Source: a bacterium
GTDB taxonomy: Bacteria; UBA10199; 2-02-FULL-44-16; JAAZCA01
Length of the DNA stretch: 64,000 nt
Direction: 5' to 3'
Assembly (NCBI GenBank): GCA_963674695.2
Contig: CAXXGI010000001.1
Span: 864,001-928,000 of the forward strand
The notes beneath the pieces were generated by a model. It was not told the origin of the DNA. It saw nothing but the letters and a program-made list of their open reading frames with translations, and did not search any database. This document shows positions 40,801 to 48,763 of this stretch, piece after piece (within the stretch, counting starts at the first letter, position 1; the number at the start of each line of letters is the position of its first letter). The position numbers and the translations under genes are program-made.

Positions 40801-41094
40801 GCGGCGCAGTCGCTCGGCGGCCTCCTCGAACAACCGATCACACAGTTCACGCACCTGGACGTCTTTCGGCTGGAGGCAGCCGATCCGGACAGCACCGCCA
40901 TCTCGCGCGTCTACATCGGAAAACACCTCTCCGATCGTCTGACGATCAACTTCGCCACGGACATCGGCACGCAGGATGCAGCGCAAACAGTAACGGCCGA
41001 GTATCTCATCACCGACAACCTCCTGCTCAAGGGATCGCGGTCGAGCAACTCAAAATATGAACTCAGCGGAGCGCTCCGATTCCAGATGAGGTAG
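37885..41094 (+). CDS. tamB: TamB/AsmA-like translocation and assembly module protein
   Basis: N-terminal TM anchor, long beta-rich repeats, DUF490-like C-terminus (GKHLSDRL...EYLITD). Upstream of an Omp85 gene. Confidence 0.8.
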   Translation: MSRSLHFRFRHLVAAIALIAGCISATAWIINRPEVLHHALSLVNIRSDWRIDVQRFTWHPLKREIVIEGIDLEHREKGKRLQVERIDWHYRLMGLLKGKLVFDTFLLKDVRIALPPDTSARLKEHRRIDLTKLVLLKNVELDDGRIDGFRLAFGKGFVLNTDQMHFQMGSSLFGPNTLAFRTDGAILSREDKSILSAGALTVKASTEFSRWHAEFPYLNDLGGELRLADANLEGLSVEALEAHASYRDGKLELTELALTSGGRTLQGKLGADTQTQTFALNIDIRRPIALPHIGRPLQTIDTAGDLSGTIQLSGQGFIPSESSGRADVHVRHLFQAPPRAGVDLNADIAWKRGVFQIAQARVSSGDHFLSVDGTIDIPGKNLRLTATGKSFPIELVFNTFRNPYLSRIFGQTDVEGTFTGWGKKFEAHVKGTTYEGGWDPIVADRVETELTATYDDLKLTGTIFYDDAPSGGADLSIHFGPKVGDAVRSKRVDLDARIADVPLDDALAAYGLTGTGNGSITLKGPITAFAGEVGATIVDGSWHGLPFERVGATLELSRHNLTFRELALKLPGMPATQPESFVADLSPGKLRLHGTPLPGFTIDAAYLYAPKRWTIAELSWDDPDHPGQQLEAEGTLVSDGPINLKIDGQIGLNRLILVPMLARGGEGATTVDLRISGTTHDPKAFGSLTFNRNRLAIRPIRTILEDLSGTIRFEGSRIRFEEFTASSREGKLELTGTLDHHHLRPSAADLALTGKGMSVRSRDRLLRVEFDGNLALKGAFPSPLLSGSVNIIDGRYKRNFAILDSITGGTKPIAPTALTEEMAWFNPRLDLHLQTAGDFSIRNNIGDIYLSANVEAKGTRNEPRVSGSIETPYGKIHYLGLNFEVTKGFIEFREHYRKPYLEVHAEREIGTYNVSMTLYGQTDNLQLDLSATSPSGPLEKRDVVSLIMFGQTQQDKAASATSRAGGRMATSMAAQSLGGLLEQPITQFTHLDVFRLEAADPDSTAISRVYIGKHLSDRLTINFATDIGTQDAAQTVTAEYLITDNLLLKGSRSSNSKYELSGALRFQMR

Positions 41095-41100
41095 AACGCA

Positions 41101-43815
41101 TTGATCAGACGTCTCTCCATCCTCTTGATCCCGATCGTGCTCGCTGCGATCGCCCTCCCCCCGCTGACAGCGAATGCGGAACCGATTGCACACGTGCGCG
41201 TACAGGGCCTGGAGACACTCTCCGAAGAACGCGTGATTGATGTCCTCGACATCGAACCCGGCGAAGAATTCTCGCTTGAACGACTCGACCGCGCGGTCAG
41301 CCACCTGCGCAAATGGGGTGTATTCGACTCGATCCAGATCAGCCCGGAACAGCACGAAGGCGGAATCGATCTCACCTTCTACCTCAAGGAGGCCACCGTC
41401 GTCGCGGGCATCTTCATTGATGGGAACTATCCCTTCCTTGAAACGAAGCTGCGCAAATACCTCACGCTCCATGTCGGCGAGATCTATACCCCCAAGCGAC
41501 TGGCCGACCAGATCAAGCGCCTCGATGAATTTTATAAACGGCAGGGCTATTTCGACACCCAGGTCCTCGTCGAAGAGGAGGCCGATCCGGAGGTGCACGG
41601 CGTCATCCTTACCTTTCACATCAAACGCGGAATCGTGCTGCGCTATCGCACCGTGACGATCGACGGGAACAGAGCCTATCCGGACGGGCGGTTCGTCTCA
41701 GCGATCAACACCTGGAAGCCCTATTCGGAGCGACGCCTGCGCGAGAGTCTTGAAGACCTGCGCGAATTCTATCACCACCATGGCTACCCGTTAGCGCGCA
41801 TTCGTGTGAAAGAGAAGCGCTTTGATTTCGATGATCACCGCATCGACCTGGCGCTTACGGTGGATGAGGGGCCCCATGTCGAGGTGCGCTTCGAAGGCAG
41901 CCCCCATACGAGCCGTAGGCTTCTGCGCCGAACCATCACGCTCTTCGATGAAGGCAGCATCGACACCTTTGAGATCGAGGCAAGCGTCGAGGAGCTGCGC
42001 ACGCTCTTCCACAACCTGGGGTATCCGCATGCACGCATCACCTCCGATAGCATCACGCGCAAGGACGGTACGATCCTGATCACTTTTCGTATCCGAGCGG
42101 GGGAGTCCAAACGGATCAAATTCCTGCATCTGGAGGGACGCAAAGACGTTCGAACGAAAGCGATCACCGAGGAGATGAAAAACCAGCCCATGGCTTTCAA
42201 ACGGCGCGGCGCGTACCTCCCAAAGGCGACCGAAACCGATGACGAGGCAATTGCAACCGCGATGCGCCGAAAGGGGTATCTCGAAGCGACGGTCGCCGAC
42301 TGGGATGTCAGACCGACCAAGCAGGGATATACCCTCGACATCATCGTCCCCATCGAAGCGGGCCCCCAGACCGTCCTGGGAGAGGTCCTCTTCGACGGCG
42401 CCGACCACTTCACCCAGAAACAACTGATGAAGGCGTTGGACCTGCGCCTCGACAAACCCTTTAATGAACCGGAGCTCCCGCGCAAAAAGCAGCGCCTCCT
42501 CACCTTTCTCGCCGACAACGGTTTTCCCTACGCACAGGTGCGCGAATCCTACACGGTCGACAAAGAGACCCATCGCGCCGTCGTGCGCTTCGACGTGGTG
42601 GAAGGAGAGCTCGTGCACATCGGGCGCATCCTCTTCCTAGGCGATCTCCTCACGAGCCAGAAGGCGCTCACAAAAGCCATGTCGATCCGGAGGGGCGACA
42701 TCTTCAGCTATCGCAAGATCCTGGAGAGTCAGCTCAACATCCGGCGGCTGGGGGCTTTCAGCTCGGTCTCGATCGAGACGATCGGTCTGGACGAAAAACT
42801 TTCCGTCGTCCACCTGCGGGTCAAGGTGGAGGAAGCACGCCCCTTCCGCATCGACACGGAGCTCTCCTTTTCCACGCGCGACAAGCTCTCGGCCGCACTC
42901 ATCTTCATGAATCGAAATGCCTTCGGCTGGGCAAAGACGAATTCGCTCAAGCTCGCCGCGGGACAGAAGCTGGCAAAGGCGGAGTTGGCCTGGCATGACC
43001 CGCGCTTTTTCAGTTCCGACTTTCAGATGTCGGCGACGAGCTGGGTGCAGTACAAACAGGAGCCAGTCTATTCCTATACGCAGTACGCCGGCGCACTCAG
43101 CTGGTTTCGCACGCTGCGCCGTTGGAACTTTCTCTTTCGGTATGAGATCGATCGAAACTACTTCGTGGAGGGAGACTCCACCGCCGCCGATGCCGACAGC
43201 TTGCGCAACAACACCATCTCGCAGATCGCGGTCAACACGAGTTTTGACTCGCGCGACAGCTTCTCGGATCCTACGCGCGGCTTCTACACCTACGGCGGCG
43301 TGACGATCTACAACGAGATCCTGGGAGACAAGGCCGACTTCGTGCGCTTCAGCTGGCAGGGGGAAAACGATTTGACGCTGCTCTGGTGGCGACTCGTCCT
43401 CGCAACCGATCTGCGCTTCGACCGCATTCAAACGATCGGCAGCAATGTCTCGGTGCCGACAAACGAACTGCTCTTCCTGGGCGGTGCGGATACGATCCGC
43501 GGCTATGCTGAAGATTCGCTGGGACCAGTCGATGCGCAGGGTAAACCGACCGGCGGTCGGACCCGCTGGATCTGGAACGAAGAACTGCGGCTGCGCATCT
43601 GGAAGCAGTTTCAGCTGGTCGCCTTCTTCGACATGGGATCGCTGACCAACACCTTCTCGGCAATCAACTGGAACTCAATCCGCCGCTCGGTCGGCACGGG
43701 TCTGCGCTATGTCACACCCGTCGGTCCGATCCGTGCGGAGTATGGCTTCAAGCTCGACCGCAAACCGGGCGAAAGCCTCGGCCACTTCCACTTCACGTTT
43801 GGATATGTATTCTGA
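41101..43815 (+). CDS. Omp85 (BamA/TamA family) outer-membrane protein with multiple POTRA domains
   Basis: Signal peptide, repeated GY..A.V POTRA motifs, FLGGADTIRGY, GLRYVTPVGPIR and terminal GYVF. Confidence 0.92.
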   Translation: MIRRLSILLIPIVLAAIALPPLTANAEPIAHVRVQGLETLSEERVIDVLDIEPGEEFSLERLDRAVSHLRKWGVFDSIQISPEQHEGGIDLTFYLKEATVVAGIFIDGNYPFLETKLRKYLTLHVGEIYTPKRLADQIKRLDEFYKRQGYFDTQVLVEEEADPEVHGVILTFHIKRGIVLRYRTVTIDGNRAYPDGRFVSAINTWKPYSERRLRESLEDLREFYHHHGYPLARIRVKEKRFDFDDHRIDLALTVDEGPHVEVRFEGSPHTSRRLLRRTITLFDEGSIDTFEIEASVEELRTLFHNLGYPHARITSDSITRKDGTILITFRIRAGESKRIKFLHLEGRKDVRTKAITEEMKNQPMAFKRRGAYLPKATETDDEAIATAMRRKGYLEATVADWDVRPTKQGYTLDIIVPIEAGPQTVLGEVLFDGADHFTQKQLMKALDLRLDKPFNEPELPRKKQRLLTFLADNGFPYAQVRESYTVDKETHRAVVRFDVVEGELVHIGRILFLGDLLTSQKALTKAMSIRRGDIFSYRKILESQLNIRRLGAFSSVSIETIGLDEKLSVVHLRVKVEEARPFRIDTELSFSTRDKLSAALIFMNRNAFGWAKTNSLKLAAGQKLAKAELAWHDPRFFSSDFQMSATSWVQYKQEPVYSYTQYAGALSWFRTLRRWNFLFRYEIDRNYFVEGDSTAADADSLRNNTISQIAVNTSFDSRDSFSDPTRGFYTYGGVTIYNEILGDKADFVRFSWQGENDLTLLWWRLVLATDLRFDRIQTIGSNVSVPTNELLFLGGADTIRGYAEDSLGPVDAQGKPTGGRTRWIWNEELRLRIWKQFQLVAFFDMGSLTNTFSAINWNSIRRSVGTGLRYVTPVGPIRAEYGFKLDRKPGESLGHFHFTFGYVF

Positions 43816-43839
43816 TATCGAGGTGACAAAGCGGTGATG

Positions 43840-44445
43840 TCATCCTGAGCGACACCGATTCGGCTTGATCTCGTCCGGGTTGATGATCGCGCGACGCAGG
43901 AGTTCCACGTCGATCGGCTTTCCTGCAAAGAAATCGTCGAAGAAATTATTAGCCGCATAGTAGAACAAGCCCATGAGGCTGACCTGCCCGATGATGAATT
44001 CGGCACGCTTGCGCTCATCTCCTGTGAGCGAAACGCGTGCCTCGCTCGCCTTGGCTTTCGTACGCTCGATCGTCGTGATGGAGTCGGTGAGATTGCGACG
44101 GATCTTTTCGAGAAAATCAGAGAGGACCTTCTTCGGATAGGTACGCTCGGCAGCATAGTAGTCGCGCCGCGAGCCGCGCACCCAGACCTTTCGCACGAGG
44201 CTGTAGTCTTCGAGCATGCGAATATTGATGGAGATGTTGCTCTTGGAGACGGCGAGTCGTTCGGCAATCTCGTCGAGCGAGAGCGGCTCGTCGGAAATAA
44301 AGAGCAGCGCATAGATCTGACCGCCGACCCGGTTGATCATCCCCAGGAGTGCCGCTGAAACCTGCCCCGCCCCCTGGATGAAGACATCGACCGCCTCTTC
44401 GAGAAGCTCCTCGCCGTCTTCCGATGGCGTTATTTTTTTGCTCAT
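43840..44445 (-). CDS. GbsR/MarR-family transcriptional regulator
   Basis: GQIYALLFISDEPLSLDEIAERLAVSKSNISINIRML...VRKVWVRGSRRDYY. Confidence 0.88.
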   Translation of the reverse strand: MSKKITPSEDGEELLEEAVDVFIQGAGQVSAALLGMINRVGGQIYALLFISDEPLSLDEIAERLAVSKSNISINIRMLEDYSLVRKVWVRGSRRDYYAAERTYPKKVLSDFLEKIRRNLTDSITTIERTKAKASEARVSLTGDERKRAEFIIGQVSLMGLFYYAANNFFDDFFAGKPIDVELLRRAIINPDEIKPNRCRSG

Positions 44446-44475
44446 CACACCCTCCAGCAGTAAGCCGCCCATAGA

Positions 44476-46803
44476 CTATGGAGCACAGCGCTCGACCGGC
44501 TCGACGCTCTCGATCGGCTCACGCAGAACGCCATCGATGGCGTGACGCGCCTCGATGCCCAGAAGATCCAGCACCCGGGCGAAGATATCGGCCGTGCGCA
44601 CGACTCCCGCGCGCATCGGAATGCTCGACAGATACGGCACGACGAGATGTTCACGCGCGAGCGACCCCTGGGTCGCCGTCGCCGCAGGCGTGTCCGAGGT
44701 GAGAAGCGACACATCCGGCGCCGCGCTCACGACCAGATCGCCCGAACGACGCGATCGGAAGAGTTGCGCCAGTTGCACCAAGCCATCGGGATAGGACCCC
44801 GAAGACGTCGTACGAAGCGCCTCGTTCGCATCCATCACGCGACCCAACCCTTCGTATCCAAAGGGATCGCTCCCCTTGACGATGTAGGTGATCCGCCCGT
44901 CCGCATCCTCCAAGATCTGTGCGCGCCCGCGACGGCTCTGCACGCAGATCCCCCCGTCGACGCTGCGTCCCGCGATACAATCGATACACTCCTCTTCGAG
45001 GAGCGACCCCACGAGCCCTCGCTGTTCGATCTCTTCGAAGAAGGGGCGTCGCTCCCAGCCACCATCGTGGCGCAACGAGATATGCGCCATCGACGTCCCC
45101 GAGGGAAGCGCGATGACTTCGGCTTCCTGCCAATCGCGCATGCGCCGACCCAGGGGCGCCACGCGAAAACGCTTCGCCAAAAATGCCTCCAGATCGAAGG
45201 ACCGCGCATTGACCCCGGTGGCGTGATCGCTCGCCAGCATGAGCACCGAGCGCTCCTCCATGCCGCGCTCGCGCAGCAGATCCACCGCACGCCCGACATC
45301 CTGATCGAGACGACGATAGGCATCGACCACCGCTGAACGCGCATCGCGACCCTCTTCGAGGAAATTCGTGGGAGGAAAGCAGTAGAGGACGAAATCGGTC
45401 TCGCGCCGAATGGCCGAGGCAAACCAATGCGCCGCAGCGGCATCGGCGGTTTCGATATCCGACAAGCGCTGTGCCCGATGAAAGCGACTGTGCAGGCGAA
45501 AGAAGGCGGGATCGCGCACGAGACCACAGCCGCGATTGAGGACGCCGAAGATGTTCACCGCCTGGCGTGAATACTCGAAGATCGTGGAGACCGACTTGGA
45601 CAGGTCGTGGTCCATCGCGTAGGCACCCCACCCCGCATAGTCGCGAAAGCGGTTCATCGTGAGCACGCGGCTTTCCGGCACCGTGCGGTCGAACCAGCGC
45701 ACACCCGGAATATCGCAGGTGCCGGGAAAACAACCGGTCACAAAAGGAGCGGTCGTCGGGCCCACCGCCGAAGGGAAGGTACTGATCGCCTCACTGCGCC
45801 CGCCACGCTCGAGCATGTAGCGCGCGACGTTCGGCAGATCACCGCGGGAGAGCATATCATCGAAGACCTTCCGATCGATCCCACTCATCAGAAAGAGGAT
45901 CACGTGCGCCGCCTGCGCGCGACTCCGATCATAGCCGTAGCGCGCCTTCTCCCAGAAAGCCTCACGCCCCTCGGGCGTGGCCAGCCGCGTGATGATCTGT
46001 GGAATCGATTCCTTCTCGCGACGGTCCTCGGTGTCGAGCGCATTCATCGTAAAGATCATGCGACGAATCGCCGTCGCATTGGTCATCACCGCGATCAGCA
46101 AGAGCGAAAGGATCACCAGCACCGGCGGCGGCATCGGCCACCAACGCGTGAGCACCAGAGACACTACGGGGCTGAAGATCGAAGCGACCCCCAGATAGAC
46201 GATGCGCTCAGGCCGTTGCATCGTGCCGACCGTACACTCGACCCCCATCGCCTCGGCGCGTGCACGCGTATAGCTCACCAGGAAGGATCCGATGAGCCCC
46301 GCCACGATGACGACAAGCAGCCAGCTCGAACGAAAATAGTACGCCAGTCCCAGAAAGACCGCACCCTCGCTGAAGCGATCCATCACGGCATCGAGAAAGC
46401 CGCCGGAACGCGAGGTCTTGCCGGTGATGCGCGCCACGCGCCCGTCGAAGATGTCGAAGGTAGCGCCGAAGATCATCGTCCAGCCCGCATAGCCGAACGC
46501 CCCCATCGCGTAGAGGATAGCGGCCACGAAGGAGAGGATCGACCCGATAGCCGTGAGCGCATTCGGTCCCAGGTGCGCGCGCACAAAGAAGTGGACGATC
46601 GGGTCGGTCGTCCAGAGCCACCAATCGCGCGTAGCGCCCGAGAGCAGATGCGATGCCCCGCGCTTGGCCCCGGCGAAATTATGTTCGCGCCGTTTTCGTC
46701 CCCAGACCAGATAGGTGATGTAGGAGGTGAACAGAACCGCATTGATGATGACCAGCGGTCCCAACGTGATCCAGATCGGATTGAAGGCAGCAAGTCCAAG
46801 CAT
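44476..46803 (-). CDS. CDP-alcohol phosphatidyltransferase fused to an alkaline-phosphatase/phosphodiesterase-superfamily domain
   Basis: PNALT and the intact signature DIFDGRVAR...GGFLDAVMD. The C-terminal domain has STFPS, PGVRWFDR, ASDH, SGDLVVSA and GSLAREH. Confidence 0.82.
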   Translation of the reverse strand: MLGLAAFNPIWITLGPLVIINAVLFTSYITYLVWGRKRREHNFAGAKRGASHLLSGATRDWWLWTTDPIVHFFVRAHLGPNALTAIGSILSFVAAILYAMGAFGYAGWTMIFGATFDIFDGRVARITGKTSRSGGFLDAVMDRFSEGAVFLGLAYYFRSSWLLVVIVAGLIGSFLVSYTRARAEAMGVECTVGTMQRPERIVYLGVASIFSPVVSLVLTRWWPMPPPVLVILSLLLIAVMTNATAIRRMIFTMNALDTEDRREKESIPQIITRLATPEGREAFWEKARYGYDRSRAQAAHVILFLMSGIDRKVFDDMLSRGDLPNVARYMLERGGRSEAISTFPSAVGPTTAPFVTGCFPGTCDIPGVRWFDRTVPESRVLTMNRFRDYAGWGAYAMDHDLSKSVSTIFEYSRQAVNIFGVLNRGCGLVRDPAFFRLHSRFHRAQRLSDIETADAAAAHWFASAIRRETDFVLYCFPPTNFLEEGRDARSAVVDAYRRLDQDVGRAVDLLRERGMEERSVLMLASDHATGVNARSFDLEAFLAKRFRVAPLGRRMRDWQEAEVIALPSGTSMAHISLRHDGGWERRPFFEEIEQRGLVGSLLEEECIDCIAGRSVDGGICVQSRRGRAQILEDADGRITYIVKGSDPFGYEGLGRVMDANEALRTTSSGSYPDGLVQLAQLFRSRRSGDLVVSAAPDVSLLTSDTPAATATQGSLAREHLVVPYLSSIPMRAGVVRTADIFARVLDLLGIEARHAIDGVLREPIESVEPVERCAP

Positions 46804-46955
46804 ATGGATTTGTCCTTTTTCTTTATTTCTCGGGGAGTTAGTCGAGAAGGACTGCCCCATTTCCCCGGCATTGTCAAGCGCGCGACCGGTGCGGGAAGCG
46901 CCAACTCAGGGCTTTTGCTTGAAAAAGACGGGGAAAGCGACTAGCCAACGGCCTC

Positions 46956-47894
46956 ATGACCGCGACGCGAAAAGCCGGAAAGGGTGTTTGGCGCAGCCGC
47001 GTGCTGGGGCGGGTCGCCCTCACCGTCTGGCCGCTGCCGAAAAACACCTTCTGTTCGATCGATGTCACGAACCGCTGCAACCTCCGCTGCAAACACTGCT
47101 ACTTCTTCGCCTCCGATCAGGATCAGATCTCGGAGCTTTCGGTGCAGGAATGGCTCGCACGCATCGAACGGATGCAGACCTGCCGTGGCGCCTTCTTCAG
47201 CTGCACCTGGGTCGGGGGAGAGCCGCTCCTGCGTCCGGAGCTCATCGATCGGGGTCGGCGCTTCTTCAAGTCAAACCGCGTGGTGACCAACGGCACGATC
47301 CAACTCCCCGATTGGGAGAACGTCGAGTTTCATATCTCGGTCGACGGCACCGAGGCCTTGCACGATGCGATTCGCGGCCAGGGCTGCTATGCGAAGATCA
47401 AACGGACGATCGATGATGCGCGCGAACGCGGCATCGCGGTGGTGCTGGCCTGCTGCCTCAACCGCAGCAATGTCACCTGCATCGAGGCGCTCATCGACGA
47501 ATGGAAGCAATATCCCAACGTCCGTCACATCCTCTTCGACTTCTTCACCCCCATGCGCGATGGGGACCGGTCGCTCTGGCTGACATTCGAAGAGCGCGAC
47601 CGGATCCTCGATCGCCTCTGCAGGCTCAAAGAACAGCATGGCGATATCATCGGTGCCCCACCAGGGACCTTCGACCTGATGCGCGCGCCCAACCGCCACA
47701 AGGCGGTCGGGCGCAACTGCGTCTTCGTGCGTCACGGCACCGCATTCGATGCGTTGGGAAATGTGAAGAAGCCCTGCGTGATCGGCGCTGCCGCCGATTG
47801 CGACAAATGCGGCTGCATCGTCCCCTTCTCCGTCAAGGCCTGGAAGCGTCCTGCCAATCTCCTGCGTGAAGCGTGGAATGAGATCGTACGTTAA
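46956..47894 (+). CDS. Radical SAM protein with C-terminal Cys cluster
   Basis: CNLRCKHC, GGEPLL, VTNGT, SVDG..HDAIRG, and C-terminal CV...CVIG..DCDKCGC. Confidence 0.9.
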   Translation: MTATRKAGKGVWRSRVLGRVALTVWPLPKNTFCSIDVTNRCNLRCKHCYFFASDQDQISELSVQEWLARIERMQTCRGAFFSCTWVGGEPLLRPELIDRGRRFFKSNRVVTNGTIQLPDWENVEFHISVDGTEALHDAIRGQGCYAKIKRTIDDARERGIAVVLACCLNRSNVTCIEALIDEWKQYPNVRHILFDFFTPMRDGDRSLWLTFEERDRILDRLCRLKEQHGDIIGAPPGTFDLMRAPNRHKAVGRNCVFVRHGTAFDALGNVKKPCVIGAAADCDKCGCIVPFSVKAWKRPANLLREAWNEIVR

Positions 47895-47898
47895 CCGA

Positions 47899-48114
47899 TG
47901 TCATCCCGAGTGACCCGGAGCGAACAGCGTGAGTCGAAGGGGAGTCGAGGGATCTCATGGGATCCCTCCACGCGCTCATTTCATTCACTTGGTCGGGATG
48001 ACAAGCATATGCCCAGCTCATTCACTTGGTCGGGATGACAAGCATATGCCCAGCTCATTCACTTGGTCGGGATGACAAGCGTATGCCCAGCTCATTCACT
48101 TGGTCGGGATGACA
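47899..48114. repeat. TGTCATCCCG-type palindromic REP (47899-48003) followed by a 37-bp tandem repeat
   Basis: Ends tgtcatcccga / tcgggatgaca. The unit tcattcacttggtcgggatgaca-agc(a/g)tatgcccagc starts at 47981, 48018, 48055 and (partial) 48092. Confidence 0.9.
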
Positions 48115-48122
48115 TGATGGCT

Positions 48123-48502
48123 TGTCATCCCGAGCGAAGCCCAAAGGGCGAAGTCGAGGGATCTCTTGATGCGCCATCACAACTATTACGTCTACATCCT
48201 TTCAAGCCTCAGCAAAACACTCTACATCGGGATGACCAGCGATCTCATTCGTCGCCTCTACGAACATCAAGAAGGAGCGATCGAAGGCTTTAGCAAACGA
48301 TATCATTGTCATTCATTGGTTTACTATGAGCACTACACCAACATCAAAGACTGCATCGCACGCGAAAAACAGCTCAAAAACTGGAATCGCGCCAAAAAGG
48401 AATGGCTTATTCAACAGATGAATCCCAACTGGAGAAATCTGAGCAAGGAGATTTCATGAGATCCCTCCACTCCCTCGCGTTGCTCAGTCGGTCGGGATGA
48501 CA
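48123..48502 (+). mobile_element. Putative REP-bounded GIY-YIG element
   Basis: Left arm 48123-48165 (tgtcatcccga...gagggatctc) and right arm 48458-48502 (gagatccctc...tcgggatgaca) enclose only the nuclease ORF. Confidence 0.6.
48169..48459 (+). CDS. GIY-YIG nuclease family protein
   Basis: YYVYIL...LYIGMTSDL.RR..EH, LVYYE, AREKQLKNWNR.KK..LI...NP.W. Lower GC than the flanking genes. Confidence 0.92.
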   Translation: MRHHNYYVYILSSLSKTLYIGMTSDLIRRLYEHQEGAIEGFSKRYHCHSLVYYEHYTNIKDCIAREKQLKNWNRAKKEWLIQQMNPNWRNLSKEIS

Positions 48503-48551
48503 GCGTGCAGTCCACATCCCCATAAATTTTCCCCTGGGCTTCTCCTTGCGA

Positions 48552-48693
48552 TGTCATCCCGAGTGACCCTGAGCGAACAACGTGAGTCGAAGGGGAGTCG
48601 AGGGATCTCATGAGATCCCTCCACGCGCTCATTTCATTCACTTGGTCGGGATGACAAGCGTATGCCCAGCTCATTCACTTGGTCGGGATGACA
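48552..48693. repeat. Second copy of the REP plus one 37-bp unit
   Basis: Near-identical direct repeat of 47899-48040, offset by 653 bp. Confidence 0.9.
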
Positions 48694-48703
48694 CACATAC
48701 GAC

Positions 48704-48736
48704 AAAAAAATCCCGGGGGTTGCCCCCCGGGATTTT
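48704..48736 (-). terminator. Rho-independent terminator of the porin gene
   Basis: aaaatcccggggg-(loop)-cccccgggatttt with a T7 tail on the minus strand. Confidence 0.85.
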
Positions 48737-48763
48737 CTGTTCTGCTTGAACGTTGTTTACGAC

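Noticed and set aside
47981-48114. CRISPR-like array of 23-bp repeats
   Set aside because: Spacers are only 14 bp and essentially identical, no cas genes are present, and the repeat is the end of a REP.
47833-48674. Short ORFs 47833-48021, 48063-48293 and 48411-48674 (also 52319-52567 and 50787-50984)
   Set aside because: They are translations of REP palindromes (CHPD/CHPE, VIPAKAGI).
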